Below the pieces are notes generated by a model. That model was not told the origin of the DNA. It saw only the letters and a list, made by a program, of their open reading frames with translations, and made no database searches. The position numbers and the translations under genes are program-made. DNA of 63,684 nt, the filler included, from Chiloscyllium plagiosum (Eukaryota), in assembly GCF_004010195.1 (NCBI RefSeq). It is 4 parts of one record of this genome, joined end to end, with 100 filler letters (N's around TTAATTAATTAA, not from the genome) between each part and the next. Parts side by side here need not be neighbours in the genome. Positions count along the whole stretch, not along the records: positions 59,928 to 63,684 come from NC_057710.1; 3 more parts are not named here. One strand, written 5' to 3'. Numbering within the stretch: position 1 is the first letter of the stretch; each line of letters opens with the position of its first letter. Shown piece after piece: positions 60,489 to 63,684 of the stretch.

Positions 60489-60829
60489 AGTTTCAAAAGG
60501 TCAATTTTTAAATTTCAAGATGACACCAGATTGAGGAGATGGGGAGGATTGCATCAAATTACAAGTATATGCTAATGAAATGAGTGGACATATAGTTATC
60601 AAATGAATTCCAATACAGATAAGCGTGAGTTGTTCAATAAGGAGGTCACGTATTGCTTGGAAATAATTTATATAGTCTAGAGGAGCAAAGGCATTTGGAG
60701 CATGAATATACAAATCACTAGCTACTTTGAAATACTCACACCAGGAGGAGTGGTTCAAGATGCAAACCATATACAGCTCAAAGCACTTTCATAAGAGCAA
60801 TTAGGGTTGGACAAAAACAGAACCATACA

Positions 60830-61125
60830 AAAGTTACAGCATAGAAAAAGGACATTCAGCCCATCCTGCTTACACTGTCTGAATAAACAAGCCACATATT
60901 GTTTTCCCACTTTTCCTACTGATGTGTTGCCTTGCAGGTTACAGAGATTCAGATGAACATCCAGATTCCTTTTCAGTGTGTTGAGGGTTTCAGCATCAAC
61001 CACCAAACTGAACAGTGAATACCAGACACTGATCACCCTCTGGATAAAAAAAGATTTTCCTCAGGCTCCCTATTTTCCTTCTACCACTCACCTTAAATCC
61101 ATACCCTTTCTGCTAGAGGAAATGG
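60830..61125 (-). mobile_element. Old CR1 3' end
   Basis: GTTACAGCATAGAAAAAGGACATTCAGCCCATC tail; minus-strand VWYSLFSLVVDAETLNTLKRNLDVHL. Older plus-strand CR1 RT debris precedes it at ~60520-60790. Confidence 0.7.
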
Positions 61126-61539
61126 GTCTTTCACTTAATGATCTAGATATCATTTTTGTCACTGAGCAAAACAACTTGTTAGTCAAATAGGGAGAGGCTA
61201 CTTTCTCAAACAAGATATAGCTGATTGCATGATAGGTACCAGACAAAATGAACATTATTGCTAACGCAATTGGGAGAGTTAGAAAAATGGGTTTGTACCC
61301 TTCATGACCTTAAGATGTTCTACCTTCCCATCCAAGCCCACTGCCATCATGATTTAGGTAGTGCTCAATGAGCATCCAGTAAATGCGCTGTGATGGTGTT
61401 CAAAGATAGGATCCATGGTAATAAAGTTCTGTCTTTCACACATGTAAATGTATGCAATATGTCATAAAGATGTTTAATCTTTAGATATATATGTTGACTT
61501 GTGCTGCAAACTAAGACGGCTTCTAGTAATTCAAAGGTA

Positions 61540-62560
61540 ATTAGAAAATGAATTAAGCTAAAGAAGGGTTTTCTCGAAGGTGCCTACCAAAATATTGGTC
61601 AAAAAAGTGAAGTTTTGACAGGGTCTTCAAGAAGGAAAGGAAATTGGAGAGGTAGAGAGCTTTCAAAAAGAAATTCAGAGTTAGAACCAAGACACTCATA
61701 AGCACAGTCACCAGTAGTAGACACAATGTATGGGAGCTGGAAGAAAACAAAATTATCAGAAGACCATAGGGCCGGAATAGTTTATAAAACACATAAGAGA
61801 GAAAAGCTTGGATGAGGATTTCAGCATCATATGGCCGAAGGCGTAGAGGAATCTTGTAAAGTTATAGAATTGAAAGTCAGGAATTTTTGTGGAAAAGATA
61901 TGGGGTAGGTTATTTACATGGAGTTGTAAATGGTTAAAAGGCTCAAGTCTGTGTAAGGTTGATATAGAGGCCTAGAAATGGGAATGGAATACTGACAAAA
62001 ATATAGGATTTGTTACATAGCTAGAGATGATGGATTTAATCTTCTCAATATTTTATTCTATGAAATTGCAGCTGATCCAAGACTATATATCTCAGAAGAC
62101 TTGGTGCAGATTGTTGTGTATTGTGGAATTTGACACAATATTTTCACAAAATTTCATGAAGGAGCAGAGGGAAGCAATGAAAGGGAATGGTGAATGAGCA
62201 ATAAGAGACACCATTGCTCAAGGTTATATGATTAGGATTGAATGGTTAAAAGTGAAATCAAACAAATAAAGTCCCATTGAGTTTGAAATGGAAGATAGGC
62301 ACAGCAGTATCATAATGCGGTCTACAATGTCAAAACTAATAGAATTTTGGAAAGGATAGGGAATGACAGTGCAGCATAGTAACAGAGAAATTAATTTGTT
62401 TATTTTTGGAGTGTCAACAGATTTGAGGACTGAAGAGATGAAACAGAGACTGGGAATAAGGCTACAATTTACAAGAACAAACATAGCTGAGGGCTTTCAG
62501 AGAAGGGGTTGGTGGTGGCAGTTTTAAAAGGACATCAAAATTAGTATTATCTGAGAAAAG
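61540..62560 (-). mobile_element. Ancient L2-type LINE remnant
   Basis: TTGGTCAAAAAAGTGAAGTTT...GAAATTCAGAG...GCTTGGATGAGGATTTCAGCATC...CTCAATATTT...GCTGATCCAAGACT; parallels 28090-28170 and 30530-30800. Confidence 0.55.
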
Positions 62561-63137
62561 ATAGCTTAAATCCATTAGACAAAATTAAAATACAAGAACA
62601 AGTCCCAAAATTCACAAATAGTATGCTAATTCAAAATACAAAATGCTTCTGCAATTAATTTATTTTCAATGTATAAATCAGTAATCAAGGCTCATTTTGA
62701 CTTCATGCAGTGGTGTTCACCAGGCTACTGTCAACTGGCAGATTGCTTCACATCACTCTGAATTTTTATTTCTCTTGAAATCTATGAGAATGAAAATAAG
62801 AGAAGAGATATAAAGTAAGTTGACAATTTACCAATGCCCATTCTACACTATGGGTGAAATCCATTGGTCTCAGAGACAGAGAGAAGAATGCTGAGTGGGG
62901 AAACATAATTCCAAGAGTTCAAAATTCAAAATCCCCACAGTGCGACCAACATTTGCATTTAGGTTCTCCTTTAAAGGAGAGTCGTATATTTGGAATGCAG
63001 TTGTCAGGTAACTTATCTGCATGATTTTGCAGCTCAGTACATGTCTAACTTGCTGGTATTAAAATCTACCCTAATGAAAAATATGTGCCTTCAAACATTC
63101 ACCCACATAAGAGGTGTGCACTTGGTGAGGTTCACTT

Positions 63138-63684
63138 AGAGTCATAGAGATGTACAGCATGCAGACAACCCGTCGGCAACCTGTCCATGTCGACCAGATA
63201 TCCCAACCCAATCTAGTCCCACCTGCCAGCACCCAGCCCATATCCCTCCAAACCTTTCCTATTCATATACCCATCCAAATGCCTCTTAAATGTTGCAATT
63301 GTATCAGCCTCCACCACTTCCTCTGGCAGCTCATTCCATACACGTACCACTTTCTGCATGAAAAAGTTGCCCTTTAGGTCTCTTTTATATCTTTCCCCTC
63401 TCACCCTAAACCTATTCCCCAGTTCTAGACTCCCCCACCCCAGGGAAAAGACTTTGCCTATTTACCATATCCATGACCCTCATAATTTTGTAAACCTCTA
63501 TAAGCTCACCCCTCAGCCTACGACGCTCAGGGAAAACAGCCCCAGACTGTTCAGTTTCTCCCTATAGCTCAGATCCTCCAACCCTGGCAACATCCTTGTA
63601 AATCTTTTCTGAACCCTTTCAAGTTTCACAACATCTTTCCGATAGGAAGGTGACCAGAATTGCACACAATATTCCAACAGTGGC
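63138..63684 (-). mobile_element. CR1 (HER1-like) 3' end, running off the window
   Basis: RGERYKRDLKGNFFMQKVVRVWNELPEEVVEADTIATFKRHLDGYM; AGAGTCATAGAG tail. Confidence 0.94.

Noticed and set aside
62965..62980. Perfect 16-bp palindrome TCTCCTTTAAAGGAGA centred on TTAA (Kolobok-like ends)
   Set aside because: No matching distal termini found; one such palindrome in 64 kb is not unexpected.

Overview
Repeat-dense, apparently non-genic vertebrate DNA, almost certainly from a shark (HE1-type V-SINEs and HER1/CR1 LINEs typical of elasmobranchs; a carpet shark is my guess). The window is four pieces (1-18945, 19046-45291, 45392-59827, 59928-63684) joined by identical 100-bp linkers (44 N + TTAATTAATTAA + 44 N), so adjacency across them is not established. 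I recognise no host protein-coding gene; two isolated candidate micro-exons are flagged. The content is nested mobile DNA: young and old CR1 LINEs, L2, HE1 and other tRNA-derived SINEs, an ancient CR1-group LINE with a tRNA-like head, Penelope-like elements (PLEs), a fossil Gypsy with its 5' LTR, solo LTRs, a fossil PIF/Harbinger transposase and a Tigger/pogo-like MITE. There are two large tandem arrays: a 22-bp minisatellite (~2.1 kb) and a 24-bp satellite (~9.5 kb). All long ORFs in the track from 28.6-30.0 kb and 45.7-55.3 kb are by-products of these arrays. The most interesting signals are: (i) ~210-230-bp fold-back PLE derivatives with target-site duplications (TSDs) whose symmetry axis sits at a minimal hammerhead-ribozyme core, plus further hammerhead motifs; (ii) two tandem arrays that appear to have arisen from LINE sequence; (iii) a LINE and a SINE sharing the same Pol III-type head. 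Family names come from my recognition of motifs and hand translation, not database searches. Boundaries of old elements are approximate.
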